Assembly: GCA_977030845.1 (NCBI GenBank) | Contig: OZ365110.1 | Location: forward strand, 45,012,001-45,076,000 | Length of the DNA stretch: 64,000 bases | Origin: Fimbriosthenelais zetlandica | Taxonomy: Eukaryota | Reading direction: 5' to 3' | Shown here: positions 53,301 through 61,632 of the stretch, one piece after another | Numbering within the stretch: position 1 is the first letter of the stretch | Layout: the number at the start of each line of letters is the position of its first letter | Translations under genes and position numbers: made by a program | The notes under the pieces: generated by a model | The model's database searches: none | Told to the model about the DNA's origin: nothing | Seen by the model: only the letters and a program-made list of their open reading frames with translations

Positions 53301-56104
53301 TACATGTACGATCGTCAGCTGCTGCTATGAGTACACGCCCGGGACCTAAATCTTTATCAGCCTTTTTATTTTCTTCCTCAATCTCATCCAGCAGTTCTCG
53401 GAGGGACTTCCATTTAGGGCATTCTTCTAGCAGTGTGGGGGTCGTGTCTGGAGGGATTAGTAAAACATTACATGTTTGCCTTAGACATGGAATTATAATT
53501 TGTTTACTGAAAATGAATCAGACTTCCCAGCCGATTTTTGGACAATAAAACATTTTTATCTACTTTTTCGGTCTCGTGATAATATAATTTGATGAAGTAA
53601 CCCCTGAAAGTGTAAACAAAATATTTCAAAAATCTATAAAATAAGCTGAACATACACAATATCCTACGGAAAGGAACCCTTGAACATACCTCTCTTCTCA
53701 GTGTCAGCTTTATCATCTGTTTTTGACTTTCTTGCCTTCGTCTCTAGATAGACTCTCTGTTTCGCAAACTGCAATATAAATCATTTATCACTTAAGAATT
53801 TAATTCAAGGGGGAAAAAGATCATTGAACTAAACCTGATTAATGAATTTCGATATTTAAATTCAAATAAACACCAAAAGCCATACCACAAATAAATTATC
53901 AGCAGCATCCAAGAACATCCATCCAGAATTAGATCCAAAGGCCTTTTCGCTATTTCTAGAAAGCAAAATAGAACTAGATACTTAAGTTTAGTTGATGGCA
54001 AATTATAGACGACAGTTACTGTTTCAAGAATTCAAATTTCAAACGGTGAAAGTGAACTTAATTCTGAATAAGTATTTTAATAACATAAAAACTTTGACTG
54101 ACCTAATTGAATACACCAAATTGTAGAAATTGACGCAGTCATATTGAGGAAGGTACCTATGGAGAGCAGAAGAATAAAATATCAATAAAGCTGGATATAA
54201 TTATTGAGATCTACTCATAACGCATAGATCTGTGGCTCGTCCCTGAACATTTATCCAATTGGATTTTGAATGCAGATATAATTCTTAGTAGTCACTTGAA
54301 AATTGAATATATACAGTGGCTATAACAATATGAAATGTACTCACTCTAGCAAGAGGCGTAGTGTTTTTATGTCTGAGACTAGTTGACGAGTTTTGGGACC
54401 TAGTTGATGCCACACAGGATCAAGCTGTAACCGTATGGTTTTCTCGAAGTTTCTTGTCAAGGTGTTTTCCACTGTCAGTTCGTCTGTATCTAGCTGTCAT
54501 GGAAAAAACTGTAATGTTCTAAGATCTACCAATCCTCCTGTGATATAACAGAATAACCTGTTTTAAAAATGAGACTATTTGACAATTGTGGCAGCTGGTC
54601 CCAGCATTAGACTATATACACGGAATCGGATCGATTGGTTATTTCTCAACTTTCTATTTAATCTTTTGAATGAGAAAATGAATTAAATCAAATAAATTCA
54701 TTGCGTCATTACCACTTGGTTTGTCCGCTTCATTTCCTTGATACAAGCATCGATGAGATCCAGTAAGGCGACCTGACAAGCTGTCATGGCGGGAGTCATT
54801 TTGAGATGTAGCTCTACCACTTCTATAGTGCGGTGGTCAAAACAGGAGGAGACAGAAGCGTGGAATCGCGGCCATAAGAACAGCTTCCTCACAAACAAAC
54901 TCTTCATCACTCGCTCCACCTGGCAGAAGCCAGCAGTGAATGACAGGGGGCTCTCAGAGAAAGCCTTCACAAAACCGGTCTGAAAAAAAATGGGAAAAGT
55001 ATACATGTATAAGAAATGTTTCCTTATTACAATACATTACAAATAGAATGAAAATTATGCTTTAAAAGTATGGAATATAGTACCTTGTTATTCTGTCTGT
55101 AGAGGCGAAGTATAAACGCCTCCTGACCAGATTCTATTACTCTGTAAACATAAAACTGAATTATAAGAAGTCTCAACATTTATGACAAAATTAAGAGACA
55201 TGATTTAATTTTAGTCAGGGACAATATCGAGAAGGCATCCTTACTTGTGAGCTTTATAAACAAGAATACCAGTGATGAGATCTTTCGGTACTCGGTCTGT
55301 CAAGAAGTCAACCACCAAAATTCTCGATGTGACAAATAGCACTCCTCCTTCCATGTATACATCACGCCTACAAAAATTGATTCAAAATATATTCCCAGAA
55401 AGTAAATAAAATAAGACCTCAATTAATTTATATGTCAAAATTATTAGAGTTAAAAAAACTACCCCTGGCCATAGAATGTTCACCTGTCGTTAACACTGAG
55501 ATCAGCTGTAATTTGTCTTGGTAGAGGCTTGGTGTGTTCTTTTTGAAGTTGAGATATAAAGTATTCCTTTAAAACAAATCAAACATACACATGGGTCAAT
55601 TTATAGACAAAAAGTCCATAGAAATTTACAGTAACTAAAGTAAAATGATTTGCCATTGGGATATTATATCAAAATTTATTGTTTGCCTTAAAAGTCTTAC
55701 CTCTTCTTGATGCGAAGTGTTCAAGACTAGCACAAGATTCTTCGAATCGGAATATATCTTCAGAAAGTTTAGAAATATCCGTTCAATTCCCAGGCCCCTA
55801 GTAATTGAATCAAAGCGCATAAATGAAGAAAAAAAGGTTCGTCGATACCGTAATGTATTCTAGAAAGTTGGCAAATTGGTATATCTTCGGAACAAATGTT
55901 CTATAAGAAATTTCCTCTAAGGCAGTCTAAGCAAATTTTACTACGGGTAACGGTACAGTAGGCCTACTGAATAATTATAGTTATCTGTTAATTAACTTAC
56001 CTAGCAGTAATTAACAACCCGTCTTCATGGAATGCATCCAGAATCATTTGATTCTCATATTCCAAGAGCTTCATGTCTGTCAACGTACCTACCATGCTAT
56101 CCAT
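50038..56104 (-). CDS. ERCC4: DNA repair endonuclease XPF, spliced gene, 21 coding exons, 2688 nt = 895 aa + stop
   Basis: Exons in minus order: 56104-56001, 55797-55701, 55566-55484, 55367-55245, 55141-55084, 54979-54713, 54493-54345, 54156-54103, 53955-53886, 53768-53690, 53447-53287, 53186-53094, 52992-52900, 52801-52610, 52333-52196, 52075-51944, 51824-51738, 51212-51039, 50891-50751, 50611-50516, 50334-50038. All are GT-AG and in frame. Motifs: LLEYENQM...[64 protein letters not shown], nuclease [47 protein letters not shown]-terminal HhH2 ([11 protein letters not shown]). Confidence 0.97.
50445..50516. repeat. 36-bp tandem duplication at the 5' end of XPF intron 20
   Basis: TAGAGATC(G/A)TAATTATAAAAGCAAG(C/G)AACAC at 50445 and 50481. 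Confidence 0.75.
50516..50611 (-). CDS. ERCC4: XPF coding exon 20
   Basis: [32 protein letters not shown]. Confidence 0.93.
50751..50891 (-). CDS. ERCC4: XPF coding exon 19
   Basis: [47 protein letters not shown]. Confidence 0.96.
51039..51212 (-). CDS. ERCC4: XPF coding exon 18 (nuclease active site GD...ERK...D)
   Basis: [58 protein letters not shown]. Confidence 0.96.
51211..51680. repeat. 30-bp minisatellite (15 units plus a partial) filling XPF intron 17
   Basis: Unit AACTAAACAGGACAAGTCAGTATGAGATTA in register from 51211 to 51660, with a partial copy at 51661. Confidence 0.98.
51738..51824 (-). CDS. ERCC4: XPF coding exon 17
   Basis: [29 protein letters not shown]. Confidence 0.96.
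51944..52075 (-). CDS. ERCC4: XPF coding exon 16
   Basis: [11 protein letters not shown]...NTRKGG. Confidence 0.94.
52196..52333 (-). CDS. ERCC4: XPF coding exon 15
   Basis: [46 protein letters not shown]. Confidence 0.96.
52400..52491 (+). pseudogene. tRNA-derived pseudogene or SINE head in XPF intron 14
   Basis: Pol III A box TAGCTCAGTTGG and B box GGTTCAATCC, D-arm-like GCTCAGTTGGTTAGAAT. The acceptor and T stems pair poorly and about 17 nt extra follows the anticodon region, so a functional tRNA is unlikely. Confidence 0.6.
52610..52801 (-). CDS. ERCC4: XPF coding exon 14
   Basis: [19 protein letters not shown]...[24 protein letters not shown]. Confidence 0.94.
52900..52992 (-). CDS. 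ERCC4: XPF coding exon 13
   Basis: [31 protein letters not shown] (LTLTQM motif of the variable linker). Confidence 0.88.
53094..53186 (-). CDS. ERCC4: XPF coding exon 12
   Basis: [31 protein letters not shown]. Confidence 0.9.
53287..53447 (-). CDS. ERCC4: XPF coding exon 11
   Basis: [22 protein letters not shown]...[18 protein letters not shown]. Confidence 0.93.
53690..53768 (-). CDS. ERCC4: XPF coding exon 10
   Basis: [26 protein letters not shown]. Confidence 0.9.
53886..53955 (-). CDS. ERCC4: XPF coding exon 9
   Basis: [23 protein letters not shown]. Confidence 0.93.
54103..54156 (-). CDS. ERCC4: XPF coding exon 8
   Basis: [17 protein letters not shown]. Confidence 0.92.
54345..54493 (-). 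CDS. ERCC4: XPF coding exon 7
   Basis: [49 protein letters not shown]. Confidence 0.95.
54713..54979 (-). CDS. ERCC4: XPF coding exon 6
   Basis: [11 protein letters not shown]...[16 protein letters not shown]...KEMKRTNQV. Confidence 0.94.
55084..55141 (-). CDS. ERCC4: XPF coding exon 5
   Basis: [19 protein letters not shown]. Confidence 0.94.
55245..55367 (-). CDS. ERCC4: XPF coding exon 4
   Basis: [40 protein letters not shown]. Confidence 0.95.
55484..55566 (-). CDS. ERCC4: XPF coding exon 3
   Basis: [27 protein letters not shown]. Confidence 0.92.
55701..55797 (-). CDS. ERCC4: XPF coding exon 2
   Basis: [32 protein letters not shown]. Confidence 0.93.
56001..56104 (-). CDS. ERCC4: XPF coding exon 1
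   Basis: [34 protein letters not shown]; AG|gtaag. The first in-frame ATG was taken as the start. Confidence 0.88.
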
Positions 56105-56214
56105 CACTGGCACTAGTGGCAGCAGTGGCGGTTTCCTAAAAGATTATTTAAAAACGTAAACACTTAGATCATGATGGTACGGTACAATATTTCACTATAG
56201 TACATTTATTAAGC

Positions 56215-57029
56215 CAGGGTGCGACAAGATCACCGTCTACACGCCTGAGGCGTGTTGATTTTAGCTTCTGGCGGGTTGATTTTCATTCTACCGTTTTTCA
56301 GGCGGGTAGATATATATGTACCAACTCTTGCAAGTTGCATATCATTTTCTCACTAGAAAGACTTTATTTGGACTCTGATTAGAGCTTGCTGATCTTAGGG
56401 GAAGGAAAACTTGGATTGTAATCAGTGTTGGCAAGACAGTTTTGCCAGTCGCAGTCTTAAACCCGGTTCAAACTAGGGATTTAAACCGGGCGGGGAAAAC
56501 CCCTCATTGGGCAAAACTGGGAAAACTCAATTCTTAATTGTACTGTTTTTGCCTTTCTAACTACAATTAGCAGCAAATAACTTCCTATATTTAGGTATAA
56601 AACTGCTAAAAGAATACTAAGTGGATAGAACCAAGAATAGTAGATAGAACCCTCTGAGCCCCACTTGGCCAAGGCCGAGCCTTTCTGGGTCTGGTAGAGA
56701 AGACCATAAAAAGGTGAGGCCATCAAAGTGAGGGTTCTATAAGGTTTGGTGACGAGGGTATGATAATCCTAGGGGTCGGAATAAAAACGACAACTGAAAG
56801 TCTTGAATCTCTACCTTTGGTTTTATACGGACTTGTAATGTCAAAAAGAAATTCCATTCTTGAGTACTATTTTACTCATAGTTCTAAGCAATCTAGGATA
56901 TATTATAATACATTATTTACCAGGCTTAAATCGGGTATCTAAAAGACAGTTAAATTTTCTGTCAGGCGTGTAGATTTCAAATCTACCCGCCCAGGGGCAA
57001 GTTGATTATTCTGATCTTGTCGCACCCTG
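56215..57029. mobile_element. Non-autonomous DNA transposon (815 bp), perfect 18-bp TIRs, 5-bp TSD
   Basis: CAGGGTGCGACAAGATCA (56215-56232) is inverted at 57012-57029; TAAGC on both flanks; subterminal GGCGGGTAGAT / TCTACACGCCTGA motifs at both ends. Confidence 0.88.
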
Positions 57030-57659
57030 TAAGCTAGGCATTACTTCAAATCTCAATCATCAAAAGTACAGTATAGGCCCATAGCCTAGGCATAGCCTGA
57101 TAGGTCATTCATTTCAATCATTTTGAGAAAGTCTAACACTGTTAATGACAACACCCTAAAATAGGCTACATGATGGGAATATGAAACAACCGTATACCCT
57201 ACCCATTCAATTTCATGCCATTTGTTTGTACAGGGAGTGAGTCAGTCCCCATTTTACTATTTTTTTTAGCGACACCTGTCACCAAACTGACAGACAGTCA
57301 CACCCATGGCCAAACAGCCTATTTCATTTGGCGACACCACTGGCGCTGAGGCGCTCGACGCTCGCCTCTATTTTGACTTTGGCGACACCTGTTATTAGCG
57401 ATACCCCTGAGGGCCTCGCTAAAAGCCTAAAATGCCAAATCTGTTGAAATCACGGCAAGCAAATGGCATGATAATCACTTGGCCTCACCATCAGGGTTGT
57501 CACCAAGATGGGCATATATACTGGCGAGGGTGTCGCCCAAATTTGGGCGACACCCTCACCCCTATATACCCGTGAATATGGCGCCAAACGCGTGTCACTG
57601 ACTGAGTCGGAGACTGAGTGAGTGAGTACACGCGGCAAGCATGACCATGACCATGCTTT

Positions 57660-57930
57660 TGTAGTATTTTTAGCAAGGGCATTCCCAGTGACGTCACTGG
57701 TCAAGCTCAGCCAGAGGGAATTCCCTTGATACGCTTGACCAGTTCCCAGAATTCCCTCCCTCCACCTTGCGTCCCTAGATACAGGGAGTTGACATTTGGA
57801 TTGAGAGACATAAGGACGCGCCTACACTAAGACGATTCCCCAGCCTCCCAGCCCGGTTCAACCACCATAGCCTTTATATTCATACATCGACAGTCAGCAT
57901 AGTAAGTACCCATAGCGTCCAAGTATTACA
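57660..57930 (+). repeat. 5' LTR (271 bp)
   Basis: Starts TGTAGTATTT and ends AAGTATTACA (8/10 terminal inverted repeat), followed after 1 nt by TGGTGTCAG. The 3' LTR is outside the window, so the left boundary cannot be confirmed by comparison. Confidence 0.8.
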
Positions 57931-57931
57931 T

Positions 57932-57945
57932 TGGTGTCAGCAGTG
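57932..57945 (+). other. Primer-binding site, tRNA-Leu-like
   Basis: TGGTGTCAGCAGTG is complementary, with one mismatch, to the 3' end of metazoan tRNA-Leu(CAA/CAG) (...CACT[T/C]CTGACACCA, from memory). Confidence 0.75.
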
Positions 57946-58449
57946 ATTTTACTTTGCTGACTTTTTTGTTGTTGATGTTTTGAATTGTTGGTAAAAATCC
58001 CGGCTTACCGGTAGTTTACTCACCTGGATTACATTGGTTTAAGAATCCCGTTGAAAACGGTGCCAAATAAGGATTACCAAAGTGGATTTATGTGCATTAT
58101 TTTCATTATTTTCTACATTGATATTTTGCTTGTGCATGCGGTACTTTCCATGTTTGATGCATGTCAGTGAGAGAACTATTGCATTGTTGCCATTGTTGGT
58201 GTGACCATTGCCATACCGGCCTGGTGCGGCCAGGGTCACTGCTGTAAACCCTTTACGGTAATGACCGCACCATATGATGCCACTGAATCCTATTGATATT
58301 TGTCCCACTGTAATTTTCTTTCTGTTATATTGCCCGGAGAACGCCGGTGCTCCTCAGTAGTAATTTATGTTTCAAGCCATCCTGCCATTGCGTGGGCCTT
58401 CACAATAGCGCCCCCACCTAACTCATGTGACAGGGAGGGGGATAGGGGT

Positions 58450-59505
58450 AATAGTCTAAAAAAAATCCTTAAGGTGCTTCAGGCCTTTTGCGATAGAAAA
58501 ATCTTATTTTCTTGAATATTCCCGGACAATACCGGAGATAGAAAATAGTCAAAAAAATCCTTAAGGTTCTTCAGGCCTTTTGCGATAGAAAAATCATATT
58601 TTCTTGAATATTCCCGGATAATACGGCAGATAGAAAATAGTCTAAAAAATCCTTAAGGTGCTTCAGGCCTTTTGCGATAGAAAAATCTTATTTTCTTGAA
58701 TATTCCCGGACAATACCGGAGATAGAAAATAGTCAAAAAAATCCTTAAGGTTCTTCAGGCCTTTTACGATAGAAAAATCTTATTTTCTTGAATATTCCCG
58801 GACAATAACGGAGATAGAAAATAGTCAAAAAAATCCTTAAGGTTCTTCAGGCCTTTTGCGATAGAAAAATCATATTTTCTTGAATATTCCCGGATAATAC
58901 GGCAGATAGAAAATAGTCTAAAAAATCCTTAAGGTGCTTCAGGCCTTTTGCGATAGAAAAATCTTATTTTCTTGAATATTCCCGGACAATACCGGAGATA
59001 GAAAATAGTCAAAAAAATCCTTAAGGTTCTTCAGGCCTTTTACGATAGAAAAATCATATTTTCTTGAATATTCCCGGACAATACCGGAGATAGAAAATAG
59101 TCAAAAAAATCCTTAAGGTGCTTCAGGCCTTTTGCGATAGAAAAATCTTATTTTCTTGAATATTCCCGGACAATACCGGAGATAGAAAATAGTCAAAAAA
59201 ATCCTTAAGGTTCTTCAGGCCTTTTGCGATAGAAAAATCATATTTTCTTGAATATTCCCGGATAATACGGCAGATAGAAAATAGTCTAAAAAATCCTTAA
59301 GGTGCTTCAGGCCTTTTGCGATAGAAAAATCTTATTTTCTTGAATATTCCCGGACAATACCGGAGATAGAAAATAGTCAAAAAAATCCCTAAGGTTCTTC
59401 AGGCCTTTTACGATAGAAAAATCATATTTTCTTGAATATTCCCGGATAATACGGCAGTTAGAAAATAGTCTAAGGAAAAAAATCCTTAAGGTCCTTCAGG
59501 CTTTC
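58450..59505 (+). repeat. 92-bp tandem array (11 full units plus a partial 12th) in the retrotransposon leader
   Basis: The unit anchor ATCC(T/C)TAAGG recurs at 58465, 58557, 58649, 58741, 58833, 58925, 59017, 59109, 59201, 59293, 59385 (period 92) and 59482; decayed fragments extend to about 59620. Confidence 0.97.
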
Positions 59506-59646
59506 TTCGAGATATAAATCATTATCCCGGCTAATACCGGTGAATAGGACACTTCAAACTTAATCCTGACATAAAGCTAGTTAAAAAATAAAATACAAAT
59601 ATTCCTGGCTAAATACTGGGGAGGAAAACATTTTCAGATTTCCATC

Positions 59647-61632
59647 ATGACCGACGAGGCGATCAACATCAACTCCGCCACCGAGGAGGCTCTACAGAAC
59701 TTAAAGGATATTGGCCTCTCCCGAGCCAAGACCATACGACACTTGGTGGCTGATCATGGACCATTCATCGGGATGGACGACATGACGCGGGCAATAACCT
59801 GTGGGGTGAAGCCCCCAGACAATCGGCAGCTTGCGCAGGTATTGCTGATGCACTTCCAGTCGAAGCATATACACTTTAGATACGTCGGGTGCCAATCGGG
59901 GAGTGACGGGACTCTGAAAGAGGACCGCGACGCTACAGAGATCCTTGCCCTGCGGGGGGAAGTGTCCCGGCTGCAGCAATTGCTGTCGGCGAGCGGAGTG
60001 GAGGCCATGATTGCGGCTAACCAGCGGAAGACCAATGAAAATGCGGAGCTGGCCAGGGAGTTGGAACTAACCCAGCTCCAGCTGGACCGATCACGAAGGC
60101 CGGCTACCACATGTAGGGAAGCAGAAACATCCCAGCCCCCATCATCCACTGGAGGAGCGGCTGCGAGGACTGCGCTAGCAGGAGAGGGGATGACAGAGGT
60201 CCTGGACATCTTGGATCGATGGAATAAGGGACCTGGTCAAGGGCAGCTGGGAGAAATGCCTAAGGCAAAGCAACAGCGAAGACGGGGGCGGTCGCCAGAT
60301 GTATCTCCGGTGTACTCGACAGAGGATGACGGCCAGAGCCGGCACACAAGGCAGAAACGGGACCAGCATAAGCACCCATCGTCGAGAGTCCAAGGCCGAC
60401 GTGAAATGACCCGAGCCCCGGATGACCATAGGCGGCAAGACAAGTACCTGCACAGCAAATCATCCTCCAGGCGACAACACCACAGCAGCTCCCAGGGGAG
60501 GACGAGAAGGGACAGGTCCAGCTCGGAAGACCGGACTCACTCAAGTCGTAAAGGGAGATCCTCGAGGCGCTATACAACACCAGAAGACCCGTACCGACGG
60601 AGGGATTGCAGCCAGGACAACTCGACGTCTAGCACCGAGTCGTCAAGCTCCCAGAGCTCTGACTCCCCAGACCGGAGGAGGAGGTCCGGGGCACCCGGGA
60701 AGATCCCCACCTATGACGGGTCGACAAGGTGGGACACATACGAGGAGCAATTCCGCAGGATCGCGAGGAGAAACCACTGGAGGGACCGGAGGAGGGTGGA
60801 CATGCTAGTCCAAAACCTCAGGGGCGAGGCCCTGACCTACTTCACGGCTCTCTCCAAGGCCACGAAACGCGACTGGGAGAGGACAAAGCGCCGGATGAGG
60901 GACCGGTTTGGACGGGCGAAACCTCCAACCACCGCAAGGCGGGAACTACAATCCCTGAAGCAGGAAGAGGGGGAGGACTTGGAAAAATTCGGCCAGCGAT
61001 GCCTGGATGTGGCTAGGGAAGGGTTCCCCAATGACGGGGACAGGGTCATCCAGAAGATGGCTGTGGACGCCATACTACGAGGCTGTTCTGATTCCCGGGC
61101 AGCACTAGTGGCAGGGGAACGGAACCTGCACACTGCACAAGAGGCCATCCGGAGTCTCAAACACTCCATCCATAATGCCCGCTTTGTCATGGGCGAGAAG
61201 AGGGTCCGAGCAGTGACGTTTGCGGAGGGGAAGGAAGAACAGCCAGACCGGGGACCTAACAGTCGGCGCCCAGGGGGGAGTAACCTTCGCGACTCCACCA
61301 CACGGTCATCCCGGAACACCGGAGGGGGGGCGCACCTCAATCAAAAGGAGGAAAAACCGTCCACAGAAATGGCCCAGTTGGTCAAGGAGATGGCGGCCAT
61401 GAGGGAGTTGCTGGCAGGACTCGTCATAAGCACCGCAGGAACTGGCGAGGCAAGGACAAGCACCTCCAGGGCCCGGCCCCGCTCTCCAAGCCCCGGGATG
61501 GGTGGTTCCAGGAGCAACTCCCCAAGTGGAGTTTGTTTTCAGTGTTGGCAACCGGGTCATTTCAAACGGGATTGCCCAGACTTGCCCCGCCGGTCTTCAG
61601 CAAGCTCAGCGGGATCAGCGACGGAAAACTAG
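59647..61632 (+). CDS. gag: Gag polyprotein (661 aa): N-terminal ComEA-like HhH, coiled coil, RS-rich tract, capsid-like domain, CCHC zinc knuckle
   Basis: Intact ORF. KIPTYDGSTRWDTYEEQF...LRGEALTYF...LKQEEGEDLEKF is retrotransposon Gag-like; CFQCWQPGHFKRDC at 61534-61575. Confidence 0.93.
   Translation: MTDEAININSATEEALQNLKDIGLSRAKTIRHLVADHGPFIGMDDMTRAITCGVKPPDNRQLAQVLLMHFQSKHIHFRYVGCQSGSDGTLKEDRDATEILALRGEVSRLQQLLSASGVEAMIAANQRKTNENAELARELELTQLQLDRSRRPATTCREAETSQPPSSTGGAAARTALAGEGMTEVLDILDRWNKGPGQGQLGEMPKAKQQRRRGRSPDVSPVYSTEDDGQSRHTRQKRDQHKHPSSRVQGRREMTRAPDDHRRQDKYLHSKSSSRRQHHSSSQGRTRRDRSSSEDRTHSSRKGRSSRRYTTPEDPYRRRDCSQDNSTSSTESSSSQSSDSPDRRRRSGAPGKIPTYDGSTRWDTYEEQFRRIARRNHWRDRRRVDMLVQNLRGEALTYFTALSKATKRDWERTKRRMRDRFGRAKPPTTARRELQSLKQEEGEDLEKFGQRCLDVAREGFPNDGDRVIQKMAVDAILRGCSDSRAALVAGERNLHTAQEAIRSLKHSIHNARFVMGEKRVRAVTFAEGKEEQPDRGPNSRRPGGSNLRDSTTRSSRNTGGGAHLNQKEEKPSTEMAQLVKEMAAMRELLAGLVISTAGTGEARTSTSRARPRSPSPGMGGSRSNSPSGVCFQCWQPGHFKRDCPDLPRRSSASSAGSATEN

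Noticed and set aside
58450-59505. Regular repeat array considered as CRISPR
   Set aside because: Units are contiguous with no unique spacers, there are no cas genes, and the context is eukaryotic. The same applies to the 30-bp array at 51211-51680.
61533-61629. Pol start at the TTG given by the ORF track
   Set aside because: It overlaps the gag zinc knuckle; pol is better explained by the -1 frameshift at 61623-61629.
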